Source: Tortispora ganteri (taxonomy: Eukaryota). From it: 47,684 bases of DNA. Positions 22,132 to 33,709 of this stretch are shown here, piece after piece. Numbering within the stretch: the first letter of the stretch is position 1; every line of letters begins with the position of its first letter. Where the stretch lies: positions 744,001-791,684 of the forward strand of contig PPNB01000001.1 of assembly GCA_003707115.1 (NCBI GenBank), given 5' to 3'. The position numbers and the translations under genes were made by a program. Under the pieces are notes generated by a model. It ran no database searches, was not told the DNA's origin, and saw nothing but the letters and a program-made list of their open reading frames with translations.

Positions 22132-25100
22132 TTAATCAGATTGGTATTCGTCGCTCTCATCATCATCAACCATATCAGATTCGTCAGAGGAGTCGCTGAC
22201 TTGATAAGATTTGGCCGATTTGCTGCGAGAAGATTTCCTGGCAGGAGCTTCAGCGGTAACTTCAACTGAGTAATCATCTTCGGATTCATCAGAGCTCTCA
22301 ATCTTATTCTTAGAAGTTTTCTTAGGAGCTGAAATGTTGGTAGTCCTAGCTGCTGCTTCTTGCTTGACAATAGGCTTGATATCTTCTGAGCTAATCTTAG
22401 AGAGAGAATCTCCCGATACAGCCACATCAAAGAGAGACTTGCCTTGCCCAAAAATAGCACTAGCAGATGTGGGAACAGGACTGCTGACCTCCGTGGCAGT
22501 AGCTGTAGCTGTGGCTGTGCTCCCAGCATCTGCAGCATCTTCAATCATATCCATATCTCCTACTTCACTAGCAGGAGTTGCTGACTGTTCCTTCTTAATT
22601 CTCTTGACAGGAGGCACATACGCCGGGATCGGCACAACTACACCTTTCACGGGCGCAGTTAAGTCCTCATTTTTCTTCCCCTTTTTGGTCTTCTTCTTAC
22701 CAGACGGATCATACTCGTCATCTTGGCCCTTACGCTTCCGGCCTTTCTTTGCTGAAGTAGCAATCGTAGGCATATTTAGCTCACGACTAATGCGATCTGC
22801 ATCCAAAAATTGATGGTAAGCCTCTTCAAAGTCATTCAGGTCATTATTCCACATATCTTTTGGTGTCATCTTGAGCAATAGAGCGAGTTCGTCTTCCTTA
22901 GCAGCAACCTCTCTTAGAAGTTTTTCATAGCGTTCACGCGTCAACGACCAAATCTTCATACCCAGCAAGTAATCATAATGAGCTGGATTGGCTTCAGACT
23001 CTCCATCGTCATCTACTTCTTCTTCCTCTTCTATGGCATCATCTTCTAGAGCAGATCCTTTGTTAGCAGAGTCTTTCATAGGAGGAAATTTCAGACGAAC
23101 TAGATCCTTAACGATCTCTTTTCTCTTTCTGTTCGAAACTGATAATTCACCGTCAATGATCATTTTAATGAAGCGGGCTTGAGCTTTAAGGCGTTCAAGC
23201 AACAACGTCAAGCGATTGGCAAGATCATCTTTACGCTTTTGATAAAATTCAAGGCGGACGAAGTAGAATTCTTGCAACATCTCCTCTGCATTGGCATACT
23301 TTCTGATACGGCCATGGGTATCAAATGCGACCATATTAGAGGTGTTAACCGTGGAAATCAAATGGAATCGCTTATAGAGGCCTTCTGCTTCAGCCTTGCG
23401 CATTTCATCAGGGGAAAGTTCAACCTCAAATCGAATACCAGTTCCATGTTGTTCGGTCATATCTTTAAGCCATGGCTTCGTCTTCTCTGTACCACCAAGA
23501 GCATTTAAAAGGTATTCTTTCATTTGAATAGTCCACTGGCGAACGGGCAATTCTGTGATAGCTAGCTTGTTAGGACCAATTTTTTCAAGAGTACCGTATA
23601 CACGATACTGTGTCTCGTCAACTTGCTCAATATGACCTGTCCAGCCTTTAAACCAAGGGTGCATTTTAACCATTTCTTCACCGTTTAAAAGCCTGCGAAT
23701 ATTGGCTGAAATATCTAACGGATTAAAATTAGGAATCTGTGTACTCCATCCCGTTCCGATACCATCAGCACCATTTACAAGAACCATAGGAAGAATGGGA
23801 ACATACCACTCAGGCTCCACAGTACTCTCGTCATCTTGCAAGTAATCCAAAAGTGGATCATCAGCAGGATGGAAAATCTTACGTGTGATCTTAGAAAGCG
23901 CTGTGCTGATATAACGAGCTGCAGAGGCATCTTTACCACCCATAGCACGAGTACCAAAACCACCAATAGGCTGAAGCAAATTGATGTTATTGCTGCCAAC
24001 GAAATCTTGCGCCATACCAACAACAGTTTGCATGAGAGATTGATCACCATGATGGTAAGCTGTGTCTCCAGAAATATAACCAACCAACTGACTCACTTTA
24101 GTATCATGATACACGTTTCTTTTGAAGCATCCATAAAGAACTTTGCGCTGGCCAGGCTTAAATCCATCCATCACAGAGGGAATCGAACGCATGTTATCGG
24201 CAATGCTGAATAGAATAAGTTCTTTATTTATAAAATCGGAAATGGGGACCGTAGCCTTCGTTGAATCGAGGTGAGTTCCTGGGGTATAAGTGCGAAGCCA
24301 TTCTTTACGCATGTCAGCTTTTCTTTTATTAAATGCGAGATCAATGAGATCTCGGTCATTGCCTCTAAGAGTTTCAAATTCACGTCTATGGCGGTCCAAG
24401 TCGCTAAAATATTCGCGCATTTCACTTGCTTGTGAAGTACCCAAACCTTTATAGTACTTGTGCTTCCATTTGAGAGTTTGACCTTCTGTGTCGCGCCAGT
24501 GCTCAAATTCTGGCATATTGTAGAAAGGAATCACAGTCTCCTTGCGGCCTTTGGTAACAGTCACCTTTACAATAGGGGTAATAAACTCAAGGAGAAATCC
24601 CGGAATATCAAGTAACCCAGGGAAAGCTGCGTCAAGCAAGTTCATAATCAAACCTTTGATATGACTACCATCGTGATCTTGATCTGTCATGATCATAAGG
24701 TGACCATATCTCAGTCCTTTAGTGTCCTTGTAGTGAGTTTTATGTTGAAGGCCAATAATTTGCTTCAAAGCCTGTATTTCAGCATTCTTCATAATTTGTG
24801 CGGGCGTAGCATCACGTACATTCAGAAGCTTACCACGAAGGGGAAATACACCATAGTAATCACGACCAACTACAGCCAACCCTGCAACAGCTAGACCCAT
24901 AGCGGAGTCACCTTCCGTGAGAATCAAAGTGCATAGGTGGCCATCTTTCGTACCAGCTCTGTTCGCATCATCAAGTTTGACGATGCCAGTGATACGAGAT
25001 TTCTTAGTTCCATCCGTCTTCTTCAGTTGCTTTTCGGCGGTCAAATTCGACATTTCAACTAAATCAGTGACAATATCGGTGCGCAATACTTTCTTAATAT

Positions 25101-26346
25101 AATCGTCGCTAAGAACACATTTGGAGCCAAAAGCGCTGGGTTTGGTAGTTAACTGCTCTTTAGTTTGAGAAGTAAACGAAGGATTAGTAATCAAGCAGTT
25201 GACAAAAACAAACATGGAATTCTTAATTTGGACAGGGCGCAGCATTCCATGTTTATTTTTCTTTTTGATGTAATCACCAATTTTAGTCACCAGCTGATCA
25301 ACAATGTAGTTCACATGAGTACCACCAGAGGTCGTAGCAATTGAGTTCACAAAGGAAACCTGATTAAAACCAGTTTTAGAAACGGCAAAAGCAATCTCCC
25401 AGCGTCTATTAGGATGCTTAGGGTCAGTAAAGTCCTGATAAACAATAGTTGGTTTGGGTTCGCTTGGCAACATAAGAGGTTTCGAATCTTCACCACCTTC
25501 GGTATCAGTGGGTAAGGCAGAACTAGTTTCTCCAGTTCCATATTCATTGGCAGATTCCATTAGCGATTTGACATAGAGTTCAGTATAACTCTTAAAATTG
25601 CTCACTTTAATGCGATTACCATTGAGAAACACTTGTACGCCGCGCACGGTACCTGCCAAATCATACACGCGGCGACGCATAACAGATATAATATCTTCAT
25701 CCAGTTCCTGCATACTGAATAGTTTCAAATCAGGTTTGAAAGTAATTTGAGTATAATCCTTAACACTTTTGCCTATCTTTGTAATAGTCGGCTTGTTTAC
25801 GGTGCCCATATTGTCACCCCACACTTGATGATACTTTAAGCCATGCGCAGAATCGACAGTTTCTAGAGTGAACTCTGTAGAGAAGATATTACAGAGTTTT
25901 GCGCCGTATCCATTTCTACCACCTGTAACTTTCTCTTGATTATCGTCGTAGTTGCTAGAGGTCAAGAGGTTACCAAAAATTAGTTCAGGGATATACATTT
26001 TTTCTTTCTGGTGAATTTCAACGGGAATACCATTACCATTATTGGTGATACTGATTGTGTTAGCAGCTTGATCAATTGTAACCTTGATGAAAGTCATAGA
26101 AGGATCTCTAATTTTATTATCAGCAGCGTTAACAAGAATTTCGTCAAATATCTTGTAAAGACCAGGAGTGATGACGATCTTTTTATTTACCATATGTTCA
26201 TCTTTGTCACAAATCCACATCTCCATCTCTGTTGGCTCGACAGAGCCGACGTAGGTGTCAGGACGCTTGAGGATATGCTCCAGCTGCGATAAACGCTGAT
26301 ACGTCTCTGTGGCTGTTTTCTTGTTTCCGTTTGTAGCTCCGTTCAT
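22132..26346 (-). CDS. TOP2: DNA topoisomerase II
   Basis: EHILKRPDTYVGS, GGRNGYGAK, TEGDSA, PLRGKLLNV, DQDHDG and ASAARY (catalytic Tyr). First ATG at 26346; the true start may lie in an upstream exon. Confidence 0.97.
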   Translation of the reverse strand: MNGATNGNKKTATETYQRLSQLEHILKRPDTYVGSVEPTEMEMWICDKDEHMVNKKIVITPGLYKIFDEILVNAADNKIRDPSMTFIKVTIDQAANTISITNNGNGIPVEIHQKEKMYIPELIFGNLLTSSNYDDNQEKVTGGRNGYGAKLCNIFSTEFTLETVDSAHGLKYHQVWGDNMGTVNKPTITKIGKSVKDYTQITFKPDLKLFSMQELDEDIISVMRRRVYDLAGTVRGVQVFLNGNRIKVSNFKSYTELYVKSLMESANEYGTGETSSALPTDTEGGEDSKPLMLPSEPKPTIVYQDFTDPKHPNRRWEIAFAVSKTGFNQVSFVNSIATTSGGTHVNYIVDQLVTKIGDYIKKKNKHGMLRPVQIKNSMFVFVNCLITNPSFTSQTKEQLTTKPSAFGSKCVLSDDYIKKVLRTDIVTDLVEMSNLTAEKQLKKTDGTKKSRITGIVKLDDANRAGTKDGHLCTLILTEGDSAMGLAVAGLAVVGRDYYGVFPLRGKLLNVRDATPAQIMKNAEIQALKQIIGLQHKTHYKDTKGLRYGHLMIMTDQDHDGSHIKGLIMNLLDAAFPGLLDIPGFLLEFITPIVKVTVTKGRKETVIPFYNMPEFEHWRDTEGQTLKWKHKYYKGLGTSQASEMREYFSDLDRHRREFETLRGNDRDLIDLAFNKRKADMRKEWLRTYTPGTHLDSTKATVPISDFINKELILFSIADNMRSIPSVMDGFKPGQRKVLYGCFKRNVYHDTKVSQLVGYISGDTAYHHGDQSLMQTVVGMAQDFVGSNNINLLQPIGGFGTRAMGGKDASAARYISTALSKITRKIFHPADDPLLDYLQDDESTVEPEWYVPILPMVLVNGADGIGTGWSTQIPNFNPLDISANIRRLLNGEEMVKMHPWFKGWTGHIEQVDETQYRVYGTLEKIGPNKLAITELPVRQWTIQMKEYLLNALGGTEKTKPWLKDMTEQHGTGIRFEVELSPDEMRKAEAEGLYKRFHLISTVNTSNMVAFDTHGRIRKYANAEEMLQEFYFVRLEFYQKRKDDLANRLTLLLERLKAQARFIKMIIDGELSVSNRKRKEIVKDLVRLKFPPMKDSANKGSALEDDAIEEEEEVDDDGESEANPAHYDYLLGMKIWSLTRERYEKLLREVAAKEDELALLLKMTPKDMWNNDLNDFEEAYHQFLDADRISRELNMPTIATSAKKGRKRKGQDDEYDPSGKKKTKKGKKNEDLTAPVKGVVVPIPAYVPPVKRIKKEQSATPASEVGDMDMIEDAADAGSTATATATATEVSSPVPTSASAIFGQGKSLFDVAVSGDSLSKISSEDIKPIVKQEAAARTTNISAPKKTSKNKIESSDESEDDYSVEVTAEAPARKSSRSKSAKSYQVSDSSDESDMVDDDESDEYQSD

Positions 26347-27971
26347 GATTTTGGATCGCGGTTGAGAGGGTACTTCGGACTCGTGGTCAGATTTGAAATC
26401 AAAGCCTAGCTCAGATTCTGGCAGGTCTGGAGCAGAGTTAGTTAGAAAAGCTTTACGGATTTGATCACCGCTAAAAGAGAATCTACCAGTAAGCGGGAGT
26501 GAGCTTCTCAACCGTAAGGCGGCGCAGGGAGAAGCAAAAGGTGCGAAGTGTAGAGGGAGTCTTAGAAAGACTGTTGTTCGAACAGCTCTCGATGTTAGCT
26601 TAATAATCTTATAAGAAGTGAAGGATTTCCCTTAGCGGAAAATATATCAGAGATTAAAAGTATTTCACGGATTCAAATTACGTGAATTCTCCACGAATTA
26701 CGGAATCTAGGGCGTCTACTATTGAAAAGCCGAAAAGTGGACGTGTCGAGGTGCACCAGACTCGCGCAAAGAGCAAAACAAACAGACCAAGAATATTGTC
26801 ATGACAACGTGTATAAGCTCTGATTGGTGTATTTTTTTTAACTGTATGTGACGGTAGTAAAACAAGAGAAAAGAGTAATATAGCCATCGAAGAAAACAAT
26901 TACCTGTTTAGAATATGTCTATGCCTATTACATAATGGAGTAATGTGATAGTAAAGCACTGAAACATGTAAATGTTTAGTCGGTGTTGTAGTATAACGTA
27001 TCGGTCAAGATTAAAATTCGGCTGTTTCATTAGTCAGTAATTTCGCCTTAAGCATTATTCATCCTATTCTATTTGATTACGACAAATGATTGATTAATTC
27101 TAGCACAGACAAAAGCATTACAATGGTTTTTTATCTACATGAGGTATATCAATGACGAAGATATTATAATCTGACGGTGATCATGATATCGATTCAGTTG
27201 TTTTAAGAATGTTCCATATAAAACAGTAATACGAATGATTCTCATTTACTATCCTTTATATTTAGTCGTGACTGGTGCTGTTTTAGTAGCATTAAGATCA
27301 TTAATTACTTTTTTAGTGAGCCTTTATGCTGTCGAATATACGCATAATATGTCAATACTGCTTCTCTACATTTTAAAGCACTTAGACATTGATTTCCATA
27401 TAAGAATAATCACTTGACTAAGTTTGATTATGAGTTCCAGTTTAATTATCATACGCAAATGTACTAGGCTGTAGTAGATCTCATTGCCTAGTTATATTTT
27501 ATATTTCAAAGAATACTAATAGATTGCTGTTTAAGTCTACATTTATTGCATTCTTCAAGGTAATAATCGAGCTTGAAATTATCTGAAAAGAGCTACTACA
27601 TGGCATTATAACTGACTCCAATACCTTGTCGTGGATGCACAATAAGGCCGACAAAGAAACTTGTTTATCCTAGTATAAGATATTTGGTCACTGTTTTGTT
27701 AGGAAATGATAAACAGTTAATACTCCCTTGAATTTCCTAACTGCGATATGTCTGTTATCTGACACTGCTGGCTACAAAGTGGGCTTAGTGCTGACTGACA
27801 TAATAGGTGATATATAAACGGTCCCGTAAATTAGTTTATATATATTTCATTATAGTTATATCGCATAAACACTGCCGGTCTGTATGTATACCCTTCAATT
27901 GCTATTAGATCAGCAAGCTCGGTTCAATTGAATACACAATCTATTCAGTTCAATACGAAGTACATAGATTG

Positions 27972-28805
27972 TTATTCTTCTTCGCTGCTGCTGGACATGT
28001 CAATTTCCTTTGCAAGCTGGCTCCGAGCAAGGTCACTGAGCGATTTAGGTCCAGGTCGAGCAATTTCTATTTCTGGTTCCTGCTCTTCTTGAAGGCTCTC
28101 TTTGAGTTCGTTGGCCAAGTCTAGAAGGTCGGCATCACTAACATCACTGACGTCGCTAGCATTGTTTGCACTATCAATATCATTATCGGTCGACAATTGC
28201 TTCGAAGGAATAGGAAGGGATTTTTTTGCAACCGATGTACGTTTTGGTTTAGGAGATGGAGGTGTAAGTTTCTTGACTTTCGCTTTCGACTGCGATCCTG
28301 ACACCCTCCGCTTAGGTGCAGGCTTTTCAAGTTTTATAGTCTTTTCTGGCTTTGCAATAACCGGCTGTTCTTCCTGGTTGTTAGCCGAGAGTCTTCTTGG
28401 TCTAGTTGCTGCGGCACTGCGTACAACTGGTTTACTCCTTTGCCGTGCCTTCGATTCACCCGATTCCTTAGAGGGACGTTTTTCGAGGTTGAGCCTAAGC
28501 AGCGAATTGGCATTCTCAAGACGGAACCTATTCGCTGTCTCGTCGAATATCAACATACAATCGATGTCCTTAACCTCTGTCTCGCGGCCTGTGAATGTGA
28601 CCTGCTCGTTGTTCGGTAATGTTGCCGCCAGCTCTAACTGCGCATTGTCTCGCGTCAGCGTGAGTTCATCAATGGCATCAACAGAGTCTGGTTTGAACAA
28701 GTACCGGATGGCATAAATGACGTAATCACTGGTACTACCAAATACCGTCGACCCTATTGATACTTCATATTCTATATCTTCCGCTTTGTCTGCTGCAACA
28801 GCCAT
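27972..28805 (-). CDS. ELL-associated factor (EAF domain) homologue
   Basis: IRY.FKPDSVD, F.G......DCMLIFDE....F.LE EAF core; acidic SSSSEEE C-terminus. Confidence 0.75.
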   Translation of the reverse strand: MAVAADKAEDIEYEVSIGSTVFGSTSDYVIYAIRYLFKPDSVDAIDELTLTRDNAQLELAATLPNNEQVTFTGRETEVKDIDCMLIFDETANRFRLENANSLLRLNLEKRPSKESGESKARQRSKPVVRSAAATRPRRLSANNQEEQPVIAKPEKTIKLEKPAPKRRVSGSQSKAKVKKLTPPSPKPKRTSVAKKSLPIPSKQLSTDNDIDSANNASDVSDVSDADLLDLANELKESLQEEQEPEIEIARPGPKSLSDLARSQLAKEIDMSSSSEEE

Positions 28806-29119
28806 GAGGGATATCGGAGTTTAAGGTTTCAGAATCCCAAAATGGCAATCATATCTTGCTTGTCCACTACAATGCTGGATTTTGTGTCGGTCCTTAACTA
28901 ACACTTTTATTTGTCTTTTAGTATGTCTTTTTCTTATTTACTGCTCTTTTTGTAATATCTATTGTTATTATATGTCTTTAAGACTCTAGAACATACAATT
29001 ATCTCTTAAGGATATATGTGTAACGACAAAACCGGGATTGATGTTATACATGCTACATATTTTATAGAACAATAAAAAACGACACAATCAATATACTAAT
29101 TTTTCAACAAGTAGAAGCA

Positions 29120-30724
29120 CTAATGAGCCATACCGTTGTCGATCATGGTCTGGACATAGCTCCAGTAAGTATCCTTGGTCATGATACGACATTTCTTGCC
29201 GAAAAAGATCATAATAAGGAAGGTCAAACTGCACGCAATACAGACAAAGGCTGCAGTAATAAAGCAGTTTTGGTATCCCATACCTTCGACCCATGGTGTG
29301 ATACCGTATCCCATGCCAAAACTCATGCTGTTACGGATAACAATGACTAGTACCATTGCAGGGGCAGCACCCTCTCTGTAGCAATCAACTACATAGTTCA
29401 CAGGTGCTGTGATAGTCAAGATAATAATACCACCAAGCATACCCATTCCAAACATCAGACCAATCCAATGGATGTGATGCGCAGCTCCAACTCCCCACAG
29501 AATCAATGCAGCAGGTGCGATGATCATGAAAGGAAGCAAACTCCACAAACGATGTTCTGGTTCAGATATACCGTTATTCCTGCGCGCAAAGTAGATACGA
29601 AGCCAATCAGACATGTATCCTGCCCAGAAATACACAATAAGACAACCAATAAGTGTCGCAATGTACGCAAGACCGACAATAGATGCCCTAAAGTTGTATG
29701 GAGGCGAACTGAGAATCAATGAAGCAGTAGCATTGAGCACATTGAACCAAATCAAACCAGATCCGTACATAAATCCGGCCCAAACAATACCGGGGAATCT
29801 AACAAGAAAAAGAGGTTGAACCGCCATTGTCCACAACATAAATGGACGTTTATGATCGAACATTTTTAGTTTTTGCCAGAATGTCTTAGGTTTCTTCACG
29901 ACAACAGGAGATTCCAGCTCTCCATCTTCACTGACTTCACCAGAAACAACAACAGGTCCAGTTTTCTCGGGAGCAGTCTCGCTATCATCATCTGCAAGTT
30001 CGTCTTCGGGTGCGATAGTGTTTCGGCTCCAGTTAGTCTCTTCCATGAAAAGAAACATCCAGACCGTGCATACTGCACCAAAGATACTGCACCAGTAGAT
30101 AACCCAAGGCCATCCCATACCGTCTGCGATGAAACCAGCAACAAGTGGACCAGCAAAGTTGGAGGTGATAAGTGCAAGACCGTACACTCCTATCCATGTT
30201 CCACGTTCATGTTCAAACCAGATATCAGACACCGAAATTTCAAGAAGTGATTCGACAGGAGCTCCTAAAAATCCTTGAAGAATTTTGCCTCCAAGCCACT
30301 GACCTGAATTTTTCGCGTAAGGGGCCCATAGAATAATAAGAGTAGTAGATAAGACACTAAAAACGTAAACAGGACGCTTGCCATATTGCTGAGCAATAGG
30401 TTGCCAGAAGAGATTTCCAAGACCAAAAAATAAAAACATATAACCAGTACCTGTGTTGAGAGTATCTGGTGAAAGATTCATATTCTCAGCAACAGGAACA
30501 ATGATAGAGTAAACTGCAGCGGAAGGGACACCGAGAGCATAGATGTACACTACAATACAGAACATATGCATGTACTTCCTCTTTCTATCCCAATTAAGAG
30601 GATCATTAGGATCATCAGATGGTGTAGGACTAAGCACAATATCTTTCAAGTGCTTTCCTTTGATATTACCATTCTCATCAATGAGATGGATAGTACCTGG
30701 CACAGCATTTCTGTCGATATGCAT
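29120..30724 (-). CDS. MFS transporter, HOL1-like
   Basis: VPGTIHL, L.PTPSDDPNDPLNW, YGKRPVY, F.HERG, FMEET and EPEHRL motifs; about 12 TM segments. Confidence 0.9.
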   Translation of the reverse strand: MHIDRNAVPGTIHLIDENGNIKGKHLKDIVLSPTPSDDPNDPLNWDRKRKYMHMFCIVVYIYALGVPSAAVYSIIVPVAENMNLSPDTLNTGTGYMFLFFGLGNLFWQPIAQQYGKRPVYVFSVLSTTLIILWAPYAKNSGQWLGGKILQGFLGAPVESLLEISVSDIWFEHERGTWIGVYGLALITSNFAGPLVAGFIADGMGWPWVIYWCSIFGAVCTVWMFLFMEETNWSRNTIAPEDELADDDSETAPEKTGPVVVSGEVSEDGELESPVVVKKPKTFWQKLKMFDHKRPFMLWTMAVQPLFLVRFPGIVWAGFMYGSGLIWFNVLNATASLILSSPPYNFRASIVGLAYIATLIGCLIVYFWAGYMSDWLRIYFARRNNGISEPEHRLWSLLPFMIIAPAALILWGVGAAHHIHWIGLMFGMGMLGGIIILTITAPVNYVVDCYREGAAPAMVLVIVIRNSMSFGMGYGITPWVEGMGYQNCFITAAFVCIACSLTFLIMIFFGKKCRIMTKDTYWSYVQTMIDNGMAH

Positions 30725-30792
30725 TTTTACTAAAGTACTTGAAAACTTGTCGCCACATTCAGAATATCGGCAATCTATTTATACTGTGAGCC

Positions 30793-30798
30793 CCGAGG
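30793..30798 (-). promoter_or_regulatory. CCTCGG element (FarA/Ctf1/Por1-type) just upstream of the TATA of the MFS gene
   Basis: CCGAGG on + strand, 69 bp upstream of the ATG; TATAAATA on - strand at about 30776-30783. Confidence 0.4.
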
Positions 30799-32074
30799 TC
30801 TTTCAAATGGAACCCCGTCGATAGATAGCCACTATCTATAAACTCTATCGGAGTTTATAACATTGGCAAACCATTGATTCGAATAGGAAGTAAGTGGTAC
30901 AATAATTCCTTTGCTTTAAAGTGTCGCCTCAGTTCCTGATTGGCAGATTGCTATTTTAACTTTTTCATCACTTAGGCACTGAGATTTCTGATCGTTCTTA
31001 TCTCTTGGCCACATGGGTTAATTAAGCTCTAACTTTTTAAAAGCCCGCAAATGCACTTCTTGATTAACGGAGAAGACATATGTTTTGTTCGTACCCGGAA
31101 CTAAATTTCATAATGAATGCTGATATTTTCATTTTCAGTTTTTACCAAGTATATACTGGTTTTTTTTTTAGATGGTATACGCATATTGTAAGTTTATCTT
31201 ATCGATAAACTTGATTTCAGGCCCTGATGCTCGCCAAGGAGGGAAGCTGCGCGATTACCGCAAGTGTAATTAAGCGTGAACCTTAACTCAAATAGTTAAA
31301 CTGCTTTCCATTGACTTATGATGTTGAGTGTTTTGCATCGAACGGCACTGTAAGAGAGAATAATGGAATAATGGGAAGAGAATAATAAAAATAACGCTGA
31401 ATCTATGGCTGCATAATTCCAAATGAACAATTTGATTTACAGTATTAATTGATCTTAAGTAACTGTACATACTGTGTATGCTACTACTTATTTTCATATC
31501 ATTGCGGATCATTGCAACATACAAAGTACTTTAATCTCACTTATCTACACTACACCAATTTACCCTTATCTTTAGAACTGTGTTTATCGCGTATGCTGAA
31601 CAGGTGCTATCGTATGTTACTACGTGATCTCAGTCTCATCATATACAGAAATTTCATTAAGCTTGACGCGCTGATACCCTGCGCCTATATCGCTAATGAT
31701 GATTTCAATTCACAATCTACTGCTTCATTTCCCTTATGATTTAAGTTTGCATGCTTATCTGCTGATTTTCACGCTTCTTTTAGCTTTTGGTTCGCCTATT
31801 GCATTTACGCTTATCATTACGCGACCCACTCGTGAACTCTTCTACATACGCGACTTTGCATGCTGTAAACATTGATCATAGTTCCTTCCTATTATCTTCA
31901 TAACTTTGTTATACGCGATTACATTAATCTCAGTAATAACAACTGCAAGATAATTATTGATTTTGGATCAGGATTCAATTTATTCCAATTACGCGCGTTA
32001 TTAAAATAACTATGTTGTATGTATGTATTTGTGTATAATCTACTTAAGGGTTTTAAGATATACGATCAGTACTT

Positions 32075-33709
32075 CTATTCTCCAAGGACAGCGGCTGCAA
32101 TCACTTTAGTGTATGCAAGTACCTCCTCGTCGCGGAATTGTCTTCCTAGAAGTTGAAGATTGATAGGAGCATCAATGTACTTTTCAGGTGCATTGAGATA
32201 TTTCGCTCTCTGTCTAGCTTCGTACTCTGTGCGAGGTTCAAATGAATCTTCAGCATCAATTTTAGGATCAATGGTTATTCCAGTAGGGATTACTGATCCA
32301 GGCATATCTAAGACGTTAAATATTGCCGTATATGCCCAATGTTCACACTCGTGCGAAATTGCTGCTGGTCCAAAACTTACAGGGCACATAATAATATCAA
32401 TTCCTTCCTTGTTCATTTTGTCAAACCAAGCTATTCTTGAAGCATTTCTAATAGCATTTTGCTCCCATAGTTCTGCGCCAGAAAGTGGTTTTGCGTAGGA
32501 AAGCGCGTATTTAGTTAATTCAAGCCAAGGTTCACCAGATATTCCAAGTGCTTTCTTCTGGGCTGTACCATCATCAGCAAAAAATGACTTCAATGCCATT
32601 TCATATATCTCCTTCGAGTTCAATGGATCCCAAGTCACTACCTTATGTCCTGCTTTTTCCAACTTTTCGATAGCATGATCCAGTGCGCGGAAAACAGGTT
32701 TCAAAGGATACACAATACCGTCCTCTTTCATCACTCCAATAGTAAGGCATTTTGGTGTATCCACCTTACGCCAAGGCATAATTGGAATGGTGCAATCTAC
32801 CTCCCATGGTTCACCGTCTATAACTGTTTTCATATACAGTTCCAGGTCTTCAGCTGATTCAGTAAAAGGCCCGATAGATGGAAGAAGTGTAATCTGGCCT
32901 GCACCTGCGCCAGAACGACCTTTAACAGTAATACGTTGTGCTGTTGGACGGAATCCGTAGCATCCATTGAATCCTGCTGGATTGCGAATAGAGCCTGCTA
33001 TATCGCTACCAATTCCAAAGGTTGAACCATAGAATCCAACTAAGGAACCCTCGCCTCCAGAAGACCCACCAGCTGTCAAAAGACGATTATGAGGGTTCAA
33101 TGTCATTCCAAAAATGTTATTGTAGGAATCGGCGTGCATAAGTGATTGTGGCTCATTTGTACGAGCAAACGGAATAGCGCCAGCTTTTTTCAAGATACTT
33201 AATTGCAAATTGTCTTCATTAACAACGCGACCAATGAATCCAACAAATCCGGCATTAGCTTCTTTACCTTTCACCCAAAGATGTTCTTTGATAGAAAGTG
33301 GAATTCCATGAAGAGGTCCAATAGTCTTTCCAGTTTCTTTGAAAGTCTTATCTAAACTCTCGGCAATTTTCATGGCGTCATCTGCCATAAATTCAGTAAC
33401 ACAATTCAGCAATTGTTGTGCCATAGTGGCTCTTTTAAGGAATGCAGTCAATGTCTCAACAGCAGTGTATTTTCCTGTAGCAATTTCACCAGCCAAAATG
33501 TAAATTGGAGTTTCAGTAATAGTCAATTCCTTTTCTGTCATAATTCCGCTCTCACGAGGCACATTCATGACATTAAGTCGATCTGATGGAGGTAACTTGT
33601 CTTCGGGAATCAAGTATTCCTTGATGATCGAATCATCACGGATCTTACGAACCCTTTCAATCTCAGATTTCCATTGCTCGTATTTAACAGGATCTTCAGT
33701 AGTTTCCAT
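32075..33709 (-). CDS. Amidase signature family hydrolase (AmdS/FAAH-like), copy 1
   Basis: GPLHGIPLSIKE (Lys), GGSSGGEG (cis-Ser) and GSDIAGSIR (nucleophile Ser): triad intact. Confidence 0.95.
   Translation of the reverse strand: METTEDPVKYEQWKSEIERVRKIRDDSIIKEYLIPEDKLPPSDRLNVMNVPRESGIMTEKELTITETPIYILAGEIATGKYTAVETLTAFLKRATMAQQLLNCVTEFMADDAMKIAESLDKTFKETGKTIGPLHGIPLSIKEHLWVKGKEANAGFVGFIGRVVNEDNLQLSILKKAGAIPFARTNEPQSLMHADSYNNIFGMTLNPHNRLLTAGGSSGGEGSLVGFYGSTFGIGSDIAGSIRNPAGFNGCYGFRPTAQRITVKGRSGAGAGQITLLPSIGPFTESAEDLELYMKTVIDGEPWEVDCTIPIMPWRKVDTPKCLTIGVMKEDGIVYPLKPVFRALDHAIEKLEKAGHKVVTWDPLNSKEIYEMALKSFFADDGTAQKKALGISGEPWLELTKYALSYAKPLSGAELWEQNAIRNASRIAWFDKMNKEGIDIIMCPVSFGPAAISHECEHWAYTAIFNVLDMPGSVIPTGITIDPKIDAEDSFEPRTEYEARQRAKYLNAPEKYIDAPINLQLLGRQFRDEEVLAYTKVIAAAVLGE

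Noticed and set aside
26900..27960. AT-rich 1-kb gap considered as a snoRNA cluster, LTR or centromere
   Set aside because: No paired C/D boxes with rRNA complementarity, no terminal repeats and no CDE pattern recognised by eye; an Rfam scan would be needed.
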